Positions 1 to 12,276 of a DNA stretch of 64,000 bases are shown here, piece by piece. The stretch's first letter is position 1, and every line of letters starts with the position of its first letter. The DNA is from Octopus bimaculoides (Eukaryota), in NCBI RefSeq assembly GCF_001194135.2, contig NC_068997.1:4078838-4142837 (forward strand). The letters are read 5' to 3'. The notes beneath the pieces were generated by a model. That model made no database searches and was not told where the DNA came from. It saw only the letters and a program-made list of their open reading frames with translations. The position numbers and the translations under genes were made by a program.

Positions 1-6
1 TATATT

Positions 7-255
7 GCTCGCTTTTACCGAACCACTAAGTTACGGGGATGCAAACACACCAACACTGGTTGTCAAGCGGTGATAGGGGACAAACACACTAAAACACACG
101 CGCACACACACGACGGACTCCTTTCAGTTTTCATCTACCAAATCCACTCACAAAGCTTTGGTCGTTCCGAGAATCTAGAGGGTGCCTCGCAGTGGGACTG
201 AACACAGACCCATGTAGTTTCGAAGCAATCTTCTTACCACACACCCACACACCTA
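7..255 (-). mobile_element. tRNA-headed SINE family A, degraded copy
   Basis: Reverse complement matches the better preserved copy at 6320-6720 (AAATCCACTCACAAAGCTTTGGTCG, CAGTGGGACTGAAC, TTCTTACCACAC). Confidence 0.75.
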
Positions 256-310
256 TCTTCGTCTTTCGTTTTTCTATAAATTTCGACTATATATATATAT
301 ATATATATAT

Positions 311-616
311 NNNNNNNNNNNNNNNNNNNNNNNNNNNNNNNNNNNNNNNNNNNNNNNNNNNNNNNNNNNNNNNNNNNNNNNNNNNNNNNNNNNNNNNNNN
401 NNNNNNNNNNNNNNNNNNNNNNNNNNNNNNNNNNNNNNNNNNNNNNNNNNNNNNNNNNNNNNNNNNNNNNNNNNNNNNNNNNNNNNNNNNNNNNNNNNNN
501 NNNNNNNNNNNNNNNNNNNNNNNNNNNNNNNNNNNNNNNNNNNNNNNNNNNNNNNNNNNNNNNNNNNNNNNNNNNNNNNNNNNNNNNNNNNNNNNNNNNN
601 NNNNNNNNNNNNNNNN
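311..616. other. Assembly gap flanked by (TA)n
   Basis: N run with (TA)n on both sides. Other gaps: 17050-17059, 19560-19935, 29500-29546, 37050-37059, 37967-38021, 43102-43111, 47485-47494, 54642-54997, 55911-56466, 57011-57020, 58796-59081, 60149-60246, 61610-61831, 62816-63659; most abut dinucleotide repeats. Confidence 0.95.
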
Positions 617-1607
617 TATATATATATATATATATATGCGTGTACGTATGTGTGTACGTTCATGTATGTATGTATGCCTCTATATATGTATGCATAGTGA
701 CTAACACCCTACTGATAGCCACCTACATACCTACCTACATCCCATCCATAATCCTAGTCCACCATAGCCAGTCACGCCATGTTATAATATGTATCTCTAA
801 TGCTACATCTCTAACCTTGTCAGATCCAATGAAATCAATGGTCAAGTTACTCACTTCTCACTCTTCTTATTTACCCCACTCCCACATCTGCCAACAACAG
901 CATCAGGACACGTCATATCTACAGCTTCTGTGTTCATGTTCAGTGAGCGGCGGTATGGAATACATCTGTAGATATATGTACATCTACCGATGTGTGTGTG
1001 TGTGTGTATATGCATGCATATATGTGTGTGTATGTATATATGTATAAGTTTATATATGTATATATGTATGGGCTTATGTATAAATATATCAATATATATG
1101 TATATGTTTATATGTATATATATATATACATACATACATAGCAATATCACTATCACCAATTTAGTTACTCTACTACAGCTACTACTACTACAACTACAAT
1201 TACCTGTGCATGTAGATAACATAACATGATACAACCGCCATATCTGCGAAACTAAAGACGGATCCTTCTCACCCACCGCTTCCCCTTGCTTCCTCTGTCC
1301 ACAGGGAGAGAGAGAGAGAGAGAGAAAGACCTAATTAAATGTATAAACCAAACCGATATTGTATTGAAGACAACCCTTCATATCAGATATAATTCTTCTC
1401 TAATACAGCTTCATGTCTTCAACGTGTTCCACTAGCTAGCCACCTAGATCTATATACTTTCATCCTAAGCCGTATGGATCTGATAAGTTCTCTCCCAATG
1501 ACGTTCTTCCAAGATCGATCTCATAGATCAGCGGTTCCTTTTAGGGTGGATAATCTCTGACTGTTTTAAGATAAATTCGTTCAGAGTTTTCTAGTTTTGT
1601 TTATTGT

Positions 1608-1965
1608 ATTCTTTCATTTGTTTCAGTCTTTAGTTTGCGGCCATACTGGAGCACTGCCTTGAAGAAGTTTAGCTGAATGAATCGACCCCATTATTTTTTT
1701 TAAAGCCTCGTACTTATTTTATCGGTCCCTTTTTCCAAAATGCTAAGTTACAGAGATGTGAACACACCAACACCGGTTGCCAAATATATATATATTTATG
1801 TGTGTGTGCGCATGGCTGGGTTTGTCCCTCACCACCATTTGACAACCGGTATTGACTCCGAGGCTATAGCAGAAGACACTAGCCGAAGATACCACGCAGT
1901 GAGACTGAGCCCAGATCCATGTGGTTGGAAAGCAAACTTCTTACGACACAGCCACGCCCGCGCCT
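1608..1965 (-). mobile_element. SINE family A copy
   Basis: Head on the minus strand (+ strand ACACAGCCACGCCCGCGCCT), GAGGCTATAGCAGAAGACAC core and GCGGCCATACTGGAGCACTGCC tail, as in 6320-6720. Confidence 0.75.
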
Positions 1966-2819
1966 AAAGAAATAATAACAAAAAGAAGTGATTGTTAATA
2001 ATTCTAAGATAAAGTGGAAAATCATTTTAATAAATTGAGTATTGATTTCGCGAGAAATTGAATTTGAGTAGTTCGTAGAAAATTTGGTGTTTGTTAGCAA
2101 CAAATGTGTTAGATTCCAGCAGGTTTTGGAATTACTGGGTCTGGTCAGTGAACCGTAGTACAACCCAAGTTTGCTTTGATCATATAGAAGACAGATCAAA
2201 GAGTAAGGAAGATATTAATGTGTATCATTAAGAAGATATAACTAGCGAAGGGAGATAATTCTAATGCTCCCTTTGTACGAATTATATTCACTGAAAGTAC
2301 TCCTGATATATGCAGATACCTCCAGGACGACATAAATAAATGTTCTACGTTATAAACAAATACTGTGACATATTCGCGTAAATTCATATTTAAGACATTC
2401 GACTACATTTGCACACAAGAAGACATTTCGTTGAAGACATAGTTTCGGGAGAAAATTCATTCCCTCAACATGTGTGAAAGCAGATTGACCTGTGAATTAC
2501 GTTCATTACAATAGTAGGACGAATATGTTTCTGTGCACTTTCGAATCGTCAGGTACGAATACTAAAGCATTCGCAACCGTCCTTATATTGCAACAGTAAA
2601 TTTTCTGTTTGCTGATGTATGTAAAGCTTGTATGTATGTATGTATGCATGTATGTATATTTGAATGTATGTAAACGCTTCATAGCTAACTTTTCCTCGGG
2701 ACAATGGCAGTGTTCCTTAAGAGTGTTGCGCTCTGTCTCGCTTTCCTTTTCACCATTTCAATACCATTGATCCTCACCGTCACATATGATAAGATGTAGA
2801 GTAGTTGTCTATACAAAAA

Positions 2820-3700
2820 TAGCTGACAGAATCACCAGTGCGTGGAGAGAATGTTTAGCGGCATTTTGCCGGTTCTTTATGTTCAGCGTTCAAATACAAC
2901 TAAGATTAATTTGTCTTTCGAGATTGATAAAATAAGCATCTGCCGTCAAAATTTCAGACTCTCTGCCTATAGCAGAGAGAATTATATCACATTCAGGAGG
3001 CGAGCTAGTAGAGTCATTACAGAGTCGGACAAATTGTTTAGCGGCATTCTGCCTGGCTCTTTAATTTCGGAGTCCAAATACAACAGAAGTCAACTTTGTC
3101 TTTGAATCTTTGGGAGTTGATTAGATAAGATACCAATGATTGTACTGGGGTCCACCTAATCGACTAAACCCCTCCCTCGTAAATTTGATGATCTTGTGTC
3201 AAACTTTGAAACTATTTTATATAACGAACAACCCTTTCATAATTTAACACTGTTAATACAACCATGGGTAATTCAAGAAACATCATAAGAACTGACAATG
3301 AGTGCATCTCGCCATTTCTCATAGTTCAGGACCGGCGACTACACTCAAATCCACACTCCTTACCACATATTAAGGTCTCATATGTGGTTCTGAGTTCAAA
3401 TTCGACTTTGGCTTTCATCCTTTCGGAATCAATAAAATAAGTACCAGTAGAGGACTGCTGTTGATGTAATCGACTTTCCCGCTTCCCCCAAATTTCAGGC
3501 ATTGTGCTTATAATAGGAAAAGACTATTTTTGCTGTTGCTTTTAAAAGCGGCTAACTTAAAAATGCTTAAAGCTATTTCATCTGTCTTTACGACCTGGGT
3601 TCAAATTCAGTCGCAGTCGATGAATTATCAATCATGTAATCAACCAGCACCTTCCCCAAATTTCAGGCGTTTTGAAATAGCAGAAACGAATTTAAACATT
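2820..3700 (+). mobile_element. Tandem array of degraded SINE family B copies (about 4)
   Basis: Repeated GCTGACAGAAT / GGCGAGCTAG heads, AATGTTTAGCGGCATT, GTTCAAATTC B-box-like motifs, GATAAAATAAGTACC cores and CCCCAAATTTCAGGC tails. Confidence 0.65.
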
Positions 3701-3801
3701 TTTTGGGGCGTTAAATAGATATCCTAGCGTCGTGGGTGCTTACAAAAGCGCAGCAGATCGAGTGAGAGAGGTTGGACAGGAAGACCAGAAGCAGAAAGGA
3801 T

Positions 3802-3803
<2 letters not shown>

Positions 3804-3837
<34 letters not shown>

Positions 3838-3863
3838 TATTATTATTATTATTATTATTATTA
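3804..3863. repeat. (TAA)11 directly followed by (TTA)9, a palindromic microsatellite
   Basis: Read directly; orientation switches at 3836/3837. Confidence 0.9.
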
Positions 3864-4089
3864 AGGCGGCGAGCTAACAGAATTGTTAGAGCGCCAGGCG
3901 AAATGCCTAGTGGTATTTCATCCTTCTTTACGTTCTGAGTTCAAATTCCGCCGAGGCCGACAATGTCTTTCATCCTTTTGAGGTCGATAAATAAAGTACC
4001 AGTGAAACACCGAGGTTGAGGAAATCGACTAGTCCTCGCCCCACAAAATTTCAGACCCTGTGCCTTTAGTAGAAAGGATGATTATTATT
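3863..4089 (+). mobile_element. SINE family B, full-length monomer
   Basis: AAGGCGGCGAGCTAACAGAATTGTTAG head, GAGTTCAAATTCCGCCGAGG B-box-like motif, TTTCATCCTTTTGAGGTCGATAAATAAAGTACC core, GTAGAAAGGATGATTATTATT tail; preceded by (TTA)n. Confidence 0.85.
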
Positions 4090-4429
4090 TGTTTTGTTAA
4101 TTCTGCAAATATTACGCGGTAAACGTGTCACGACCTCTGGCCTAACTTATATAAATACATAACAGAAGAAATATTTTATTTACGTTTACCTCCCATAGTA
4201 CTAAAATGGATCTCTGAGGATTTCTACTCTTTATATTATCGTTCCTGTCCTTGATGTCATCACTCTATGCTTGTCTTTTTCAGCGTTTGCCATCCACCAA
4301 ACCCTCTAAGATGTGGGAACAGAGGTTGCAGGACCCGAAAACAAAGCGAGAATATTGCAGGTCTATTAAGTAAAATTCTCACAGAGTGAGAATAAAAATA
4401 AATGAAGTAAACAATACTGTCACTGATCC

Positions 4430-4911
4430 TTTTCTTTTTTCAGTCATTGAACTTCAGCCACTTGGGGGACCGCTTTGAAGCTTTGAAGAGTTTTCGGTGG
4501 CATATTAGGACTTCAATACAAATTTTATCAGTGCCTGGAGCCGTTGCGCCAAGTCAGGGAGGCATAAACAAACCAACATCGATTTCAGTAAATGGTGGAG
4601 ATGACAAATACACACAAAACATACAGAGACACGCAGTAACATACATACACTCAAATATATATATGTGTGCGTGTGTGCGTGTGTGTGTGTGTTTGTCTTT
4701 GTGTATGTGAGTCTGTGTCTGTCTGTTTTTGTACCCCCACCACCACTTGACAACCGATGTTGGTGTATATATGTCCCCGTAAATTATCGGTTCGGCAAAC
4801 TGCCGGGTAGAACAAGTAACAAGCCTACAAAGAATAAGCTCCGGGGTAGATTTCTTCGACTAAATAGTAGTGCTCCAGCATGGCCGCAGTGAAATAAGTG
4901 AAAGAATAAAA

Positions 4912-4915
<4 letters not shown>
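4430..4915. mobile_element. Two SINE-A 3' halves in opposite orientation around a shared CA/TG microsatellite
   Basis: 4430-4620 is a degraded minus-strand 3' half; 4690-4915 is a plus-strand 3' half (TTGACAACCGATGTTGGTG, GTGCTCCAGCATGGCCGCAGT). Confidence 0.6.
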
Positions 4916-4992
<77 letters not shown>

Positions 4993-5044
4993 CATATGCA
5001 CACACGAAAAAAAAGATATATGTATGTATGTATGTATGTATGAG

Positions 5045-5165
5045 GTGGGTTTCCACACAGTTTCTCTCTGCAAAATCTATTCAAAAGGTATTCCCCGGCA
5101 GTGGGACTGAACCGGAAACCGCGTGGTTGCAAGGCAAGCTTTCTGAGTAGACAGCTATGCATGTG
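5045..5165 (-). mobile_element. SINE-A 5' fragment
   Basis: GCAGTGGGACTGAACCGGAAACCGCGTGGTTG matches the reverse complement of the SINE-A head. Confidence 0.55.
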
Positions 5166-6151
5166 CTTATATCATGTGAGTTCGCCCACCCCGGAAAGAT
5201 ATTCCTTTTAGGCTAAGAATTGCTGTATTGGTTGGCTGCGTCCTTGGCAGTTTCCGCTTCATCCGACGTGCTAAAAATAACTAAAACATCTCCCCCTTAT
5301 ATAGTTATATGAGGGGGAGTTGTTTCATAAACGAGGCAAAACTTGTGTTATATAATGTATAGAGAAAACGGTTGAAAGACTTTTGAGCAAATGTCATTTC
5401 GATCACGGCTGACCCGTAGCTGTACAACAACTGCAACAATCACAACAACAACGAAAACAGTAACACAGACAGCTTCTAATCATTAGATATCATATAAACA
5501 ATATGATTTATATCACTAGAACCCAGTGATTATTATCGCTTTAATCTGACTACACGATATTGATATTGGAATAAGATTTATCTTGATTCAACTTTGGTGT
5601 CGCCACGAATTTACATTTGCGTCTCTCTCAAGGTTTATCATTACGCATGCGTGCAAATTGTTTATCTCTATCCGCACGCGAGCTTCTGGTTACATCAGCT
5701 TTGCATGTGATAGTGAGATACTTCCATATTAATTTATATTTATGTTAGGTTTATGTATAAATTTACCCGTGCATGTGCATTGTATGCATATGTATATGTG
5801 TTGTGGATGTGTGAGTGTATGTAGGTGTGCATGGGAATGTATATATGTGTATGAGTGCGAGTTGTACAGTAGACGTCATGCCTACATATACAGGCACACA
5901 TGTGCAAGCAAGAGATACCTACGCAAATGTAATAACTATTTTGTGTCTATGTCGTATAAGGAATGGGTTATATAAGACACAATGTAAATATACCCGTTGT
6001 AAGATGCGTACATTTCTCTCTATACATTTAGGTACGTATGTCTAACAATTGCATATTGTGGGTATATGTGTGTGTGCGAGTGTGTGTGGTGTGTGTGTGT
6101 TTGCGTGTGTGTGCATATATATGTGTGTCTGCATGTATGTGTGTGTAAGTG

Positions 6152-6215
<64 letters not shown>

Positions 6216-6319
6216 ACTAATAAAATTGAAAATGGAGAGATTCAATGGATATGAATTAATTCATTATTACCTACAATAGTTTCACTTCGCACCTAATTTA
6301 AATTACAAAACATATAATA

Positions 6320-6720
6320 GGCGCAGGAGTGGCTGTGTGGTAAGTAGCTTGCTTACAAACCACATGGTTCCGGGTTCAGTCCCACTGCGTGGCACCTTGG
6401 GCAAGTGTCTTCTACTATATCCTCGGGCCGACCAAAGCCTTGTGAGTGGATTTTGTAGACGGAAATTGAAAGAAGCCCGTCGTATATATGTATATATATA
6501 AGTGTGTGTGTATGTTTGTGTGTCTGTGTTTGCCCCCCCCCCCCAACATCGCTTGTCAACCGACGGTGGTGTGTTTATGTCCCCGTAACCTAGCGGTTCG
6601 GCAAAAGCGACGGATAGAATAAGTACTAGGCATTCAAAGAAGAAGTCCTGGGGTCGATTTGCTCGACTAAAGTCGGTGCTCCAGAATAGCCGCAGTCAAA
6701 TGACTAAAACAAGTAAAAGT
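6320..6720 (+). mobile_element. SINE family A, well preserved (tRNA-like head, CORE-like segment, internal microsatellite, 3' tail)
   Basis: GGCGCAGGAGTGGCTGTGTGGTAAG (A-box-like), CCGGGTTCAGTCCCAC (B-box-like), ACCTTGGGCAAGTGTCTT (CORE-like), TA/TG spacer, GACTAAAACAAGTAAAAG tail. Confidence 0.9.
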
Positions 6721-7309
6721 GCAAAAGTGTAAGTGTAAAGTGTATAATATTATAAGTTTGTATTTTGAGTACTTATTCAAACTTAATATCTAATATTCTA
6801 TAACATATTAACTAAAGAAATATCTCTTCACCATAGAATATATTAAACCTGGGTATGTTGGATATAACTATCCCTATGAGAGGTTTAAATATCCTCATAA
6901 TATATATATATATATACATATATATATGTGTGTGTGTGTGTGTGTATGTGTGTCTGTGTATGTGTGTTTGTACATATATACATGTATGTATGTATGTTAT
7001 GTCTAAAATTCATTTATATCCCCTCACGCATAGGCACTCTACTGCACAAACATCAACTGTTCAAATTACACACGCACATACACACACACACATAAACACA
7101 CACACAAATAAACACACACATGCACACACTCACACATATACACGCAGGCTCAATGAAGCTACACCAATTATCTCTGAACGGCTCCAAACGACTTCAAGTA
7201 TATAGATTTGTTTAGCCCAAATTTTTATTTATCTCTCATAATTTTATTTCTGATCTAACAACATAATTACCATCTGTGTATTAAAATTTATATTCATTTA
7301 AGCTTACAG

Positions 7310-7515
7310 CAAGGGGGCAATGTGCCAGAACTGGCAGCACACCGGACAAAATCTTAGTAACTTGTAGGCTCTGAGTTCAAATTGCTCCGAGGGGGGGGTC
7401 AAGTTTGCCTTCCTTCCTTTTCGGGGCTATGAAATAAATACCTGCCAAGTACCGGGGTACATGTAATCGGTTTTCCACTCCCGTCAAAATCTTGTGCCAA
7501 AATCTCAAGGCATTT
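7310..7515 (+). mobile_element. SINE family B, degraded
   Basis: GAACTGGCAG, GAGTTCAAATTG, TTCCTTTTCGGGGCTATGAAATAAATACC, CTTGTGCCAAAAT. Confidence 0.65.
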
Positions 7516-7522
7516 AAACCTA

Positions 7523-7665
7523 CAGTATTTTATGACATATAAGACTCACTTTTTTCAAAAACTTACCTAGGGTCCTATATTCGAATTTAGGCCCATGTTA
7601 CATGTTTTAATGCGTTAACAACATTTTTCCTGAATATTCACTGCTAAAGTTGGGTTGCGTCTAAT
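7523..7665 (+). mobile_element. Possible pogo/Tigger-type MITE terminal fragment
   Basis: TA|CAGTATTTTATGACATATAAGACTCACTTTTTTC and GGGTTGCGTCTAATAT resemble pogo-type terminal motifs (from recall); no second TIR found. Confidence 0.35.
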
Positions 7666-8059
7666 ATGTTTGACGAAAACTCTATTTCTCTAATGTCACA
7701 CATTTAGAAACGTACGTACATAGACATGGAAAATATATACACCTATAAGAGAAAAAATAAATGAAACTAGAAGGCCCAACACTCACACAGACTTGCAAGT
7801 ATCACCTCTACCTACTCCTCTCTACGCACATCCCAAATAGTTCCAAATGACATCCACTACCAACTAATAAGACATCCAGTTTGTAATCTTTACTCATCCG
7901 ATGATTCCCAATCCGACTCAGAGGAAACCACAGGTCACACCGGATTATTAAATATCAAAATGGTTACAACAATAAATTTAAGCCAACAAACGCACTGGGT
8001 TCTCTCATTCGTTAACCTAAAAAGTACGCAACACTTCACAATAACTCTCAAGGCAAGTC

Positions 8060-8119
<60 letters not shown>

Positions 8120-8211
8120 GGTTGTGTGTGGGGGGTGTATTCACACACATATTTACCTTTTATTACTATCAGCCAATTGATTACGGTCAGGCCGCGGTAC
8201 TACATTGCTCT

Positions 8212-8618
8212 ACTCTTTTACTCTTTTACTTGTTTCAGCCACATGACTGTGGCCATGCTGGAGCACCGCCTTTAGTCGAGCAAATCGATACCAGGACTTA
8301 TTCTTTGAAAGCCTAGTATTTTTCTATCGGTCTGTTTTGCCGAGTCGCTAAGATACGGGGACGTAAACACATCAACATCGGTTGTCAAGCGAGGTTGGGG
8401 AGACAAACACAGATACACAAACATATATACACACATACATATATATACATATATAGGTCAGGCTTGTTTCAGTTTCCGTCTATCAAATCCACTCACAAGG
8501 CTTTGGTCGGCCCGAGGCTATAGTAGAAGACACTTGCCTAGGGTGCCACGCAGTGTGACTGAACCCGGAACCATGTGGTTTGAAGCATGCTACTTACCAC
8601 ACAGCCACTCCTACGCCT
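8212..8618 (-). mobile_element. SINE family A, well preserved
   Basis: Near full-length reverse-complement match to 6320-6720, with a (CTCTTTTA)n tail. Confidence 0.9.
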
Positions 8619-9149
8619 ACATTCATTAGTTGTTCTAAATTATATCAGTCCCCTTAATCTGGTAGACTATCAAATTACCGCAGTTATCGTTTTAGGTAAG
8701 TCCACATAAGAAGTAATCTTTTTTAGTAAGTAAATAACACTAGGATTATGCACCAAATGACATCACTTGACTTACAAATACTTGAAAACAGACACAAACA
8801 CCCACACACATATACACACACACCTATATATATATACATATATATTTATACATAAAGTCATAAATGACAGAGAAACAGTTTGATGAAATTTTATTTAACA
8901 ATAAGAAAATTCTAATATCACGACAAATTGTTTCGTAACTAAAAAAACATGTAAATAATTTATGTTATTATATTTAACACAAAATAAATTGCTTACATGC
9001 CTGCATTAATGCAAAATCCCAAAACTCGTTTTCACTTGTATTGTAATATTTATTCTATATGTTTTGCAGAATGATACACTAAGGAGCTTTTTTCATGAGT
9101 AATACCAGATTACATAAATCCATATATTGTGACTTAAGCGCCCTCACCC

Positions 9150-9485
9150 TTAAGCCAGGTGCCTCCACGTGGCGGTTACGACGATGAAGCTTCCACTTGA
9201 TCCGATCAACGGAACAGCCTGCTCGTGAAATTAACGTGGACGTGGCTGAGCAGGCAACAGACACGCATATCCTTAACGTCGTTCTCACGGAGATTCAGCG
9301 TACCACAGAGTGTAACAAGGCTGGCCCTTTGAAATACAGGTACTACTCAATTTTGTCAGCTGAGTCGACTGGAGCAACGTGAAATAAAGTGTCTTGCTCA
9401 AGGACACAACGCGTCGCCGTGAATTAAGCTCACAGCCTTACAATCGTGAGGTGAAAATCCAAGCCACTAAGCCACGCGCCTTCAC
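9150..9485 (-). mobile_element. tRNA-headed CORE-type SINE family C (octopus OR-like)
   Basis: Minus strand GTGAAGGCGCGTGGCTTAGTGG (A-box), GTGAGCTTAATTC (B-box-like), GTGTCCTTGAGCAAGACACTTTATTTCACGTTGCTCCAG CORE-like block; OR1/OR2 assignment is from recall only. Confidence 0.8.
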
Positions 9486-9734
9486 TTATATATAAAATGT
9501 CGGTCTATTGGTTTCACGTCCATTACTGAGTCGCCTACAGGCAACACAGAAGACCTGCTGGCTGGAGGCACATAACCGCTTTACTGATGGAGGTAAGAAC
9601 GCAATCTTCGTCAGCAAAGTTGTGAGCAAAATCTCCTGAAGCGAAAATTTTCGAAGCAAACATCCTTCTTCGCGGGAAGAAGATGTCTCGTTTTAACCTT
9701 TTCTGTTGTGTCCGAAAAGGATCAGAAAAGATGT

Positions 9735-9960
9735 GTGCTTCTGCGTCATTATGTCCATGTTTTCCCCACCACTGCTTGACATCCGGTGTTGTGTTTCTTC
9801 CCCCGTAACTTAAAGGTCCAGCAAAAGAGACGGTAGAATAAATACTAGGCTTTTAAAGAACAATTACTGAAGTCGATTCTTTCTACTAAAATTCTTCAAG
9901 GCGGTGACTCAACATCGCCGCCGACTCATGACTGAAACAAGTAAAAGATAAAATGATAAA
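9735..9960 (+). mobile_element. SINE-A 3' half
   Basis: CCACTGCTTGACATCCGGTGTTG, CCCCGTAACTT, ATGACTGAAACAAGTAAAAGA. Confidence 0.7.
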
Positions 9961-10194
9961 TGACCGAGTTGTCTCTCTTCGGTATTTCCCATTGATTACG
10001 TTTAGTTATTTAGAAACGCATCTGGAAATCCGACAGGGGGCAGCGCTGGAGAAATATGGAGTTTTTATACCTTTTACCATGAGAGAATTCTTTTTCCACA
10101 CTGATAGCAGTGAATTTTCCTTTAGAACTTTAAATATGTCACAAATATATTTTAAATAATCTAAAGTTCGCATGTACATATACATACATACATA

Positions 10195-11043
10195 CAGGGT
10201 GCGATGGGTGAATTGTCGCCATATTATATTTTTAATTTCGCGCATGCACGTTGTTTGTTTCTGATCTTATCGATTACACAGTATAATAGAATCAATTGGG
10301 CAACGTCTGTGAGAAAAACACTGCCATAACGCAATTCACTCTGCCAGAAATTTGGAAACGATATGTTGTACTGCTTGGCATTCGCACCGGAAGCTCCAAT
10401 ATGAACATTACAGGTTGTCTGGGTGTCAATCGGTACATGCAATCTGAGTGATAAAAATCGAACATCCAGTCAACATCAAGGTGTATTGAGTGAGCACTAA
10501 TGACGGCGACGTTATGCCTCCATTCATCTTCCCACACGGCCACAGAATCAAGTACCTGGAGGAGGTAAGTTTGCCCTGGGTGAAGAGGGTGGCTGCTAGA
10601 AGACCCTATGTCTGGCAACAAGACTCTGCACCATGCCACACAAGCAGGAGAACCCTGTCATGGCTGTCAGACAATTTCTTCGATCACATCACCCCTAGCA
10701 CCTTGACACCAAATTCCCCAGACTGCAACCCTCTTGATTATGATGTGTGTGGCGCAGCTGAGCGAGAGACCAACAAAACTCCTTCTAACACCAAAGATGA
10801 ACTGAAGGCAAGGGTTTTGGCAGCATTCACCAACTTAAACAAGGAGACAGTCCAGAAGCGTTGCAGGGAATTTCGAAGTCGTCTACAGGCCATGATTGAA
10901 GCCAAAGGTGATTTTATTGAGTAAATTTACTCTTTAGTACTTCAAGTTATTTTCATGTAATTTTGGTAAATACATCTGTTAAAATGAGTTGTGTTATTTT
11001 CATTTTTGCGTAATTTAGACGACACCTTATTCACCGTACCCTT
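10195..11043 (+). mobile_element. Tc1/mariner DD37D (maT-type) transposon, internally deleted, both imperfect TIRs, TA flanks
   Basis: TA|CAGGGTGCGATGGGTGAATTGTCG at left and CGACACCTTATTCACCGTACCCTT|TA at right; C-terminal transposase with WQQDSAPCH to NSPDCNPLDY and 37 residues between the 2nd and 3rd Asp. Confidence 0.85.
10345..10924 (+). pseudogene. DD37D transposase pseudogene (N-terminal stub fused to C-terminal half)
   Basis: TLPEIWKRYVVLLGIRTGS stub, then track ORF 10490-10924 with catalytic D2/D3; first catalytic Asp region missing. Confidence 0.8.
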
Positions 11044-11049
11044 TATGTG

Positions 11050-11087
<38 letters not shown>

Positions 11088-11404
11088 CTTTGATCTTCTG
11101 CGCTTGACTGTTTACTAATTTTCATTCTATGGTGAGGCTCATGAATGAGACTAGGGTGAAAAATGTTTTCCAAAATGTAACGAAGTTAATGGTATGGGAA
11201 CAACACAGTTTCAAAGGGAGCGTCTTAAATATTCTGTCATAAGCATCTTAAGAAATAAATTCTATGGTTATTATTGTGTGCCTGCATGCGCATGTGCTCT
11301 GTGTGTGTGTCTACACATGTATTGAATAAACATAGATAAGTATATAAACAGCGAGATGTATGCATACATAAAGATACCTACACACACGTATTAATACACA
11401 CATT

Positions 11405-11435
<31 letters not shown>

Positions 11436-12178
11436 ATCCATAAACATATACATACGTACACACATACATACATATATACATACATAGGTAGATTACCTAA
11501 AAGTCGAAGTGGGTATTCTCTCTAACTTCCTTTCACTCACCCACCCACTCACTCTCTCTCTCTCTCTCTCTCTCTCTCGCTACCTGAAATTCTGTTGACT
11601 TAAAGATTGGCTGCTTTTCTGAAAATAGAAATAAAATTTATTTGAGGAATGGTTGTGTGGATTACGATTTATGGAGAGATATCGGTATTAGCGGAGATTA
11701 AAAATAGATTTGGTATTTTAGATATAGACTTTCGTTTGTGCGCACACTTATATGTGTATACAATGTGTATGTGGGGTTGTGTGTGCGCGGGGGGGGGGGG
11801 CGTGTGTGTGTTATCTCATCTCTGCTCAATCGAACATGGCCATGTGAAACTCTGAGTTGCAATGGAACAAATCATGAAACACCTCTTACTCTATACACAC
11901 ACTCAGACAAACACATACACACACACATACACACACATACACACGCAAACACATACACACACACACACAGACTACAAACATATTCATGCAATTAGTCACG
12001 TATAGACATACATGTATACATACACAGGTCTCACTCTCGCTCTCTCTGTATATGTACACAAAATAAATAAATAAATAAATATATATATATATATTGAATT
12101 AGAGGATATGTTAGCCTCATGAAGTAGTTGTTTCATCCAAGGAAGTACTGGTTCAATACCCAATTTTCGTTTCTTCTG

Positions 12179-12276
<98 letters not shown>

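Noticed and set aside
2290-2340. RYLQDDI resembling an RT YxDD motif
   Set aside because: Wrong spacing and no flanking RT motifs
4274-4362. Exon-like segment after TTTTTCAG (RLPSTKPSKMWEQRLQDPKTKREYCRSIK*)
   Set aside because: No good donor site, in-frame stop and no partner exons; possibly an old LINE scrap
6320-6400. SINE heads (A, B, C) as tRNA genes
   Set aside because: They have A/B-box-like motifs but no complete cloverleaf and run straight into SINE bodies
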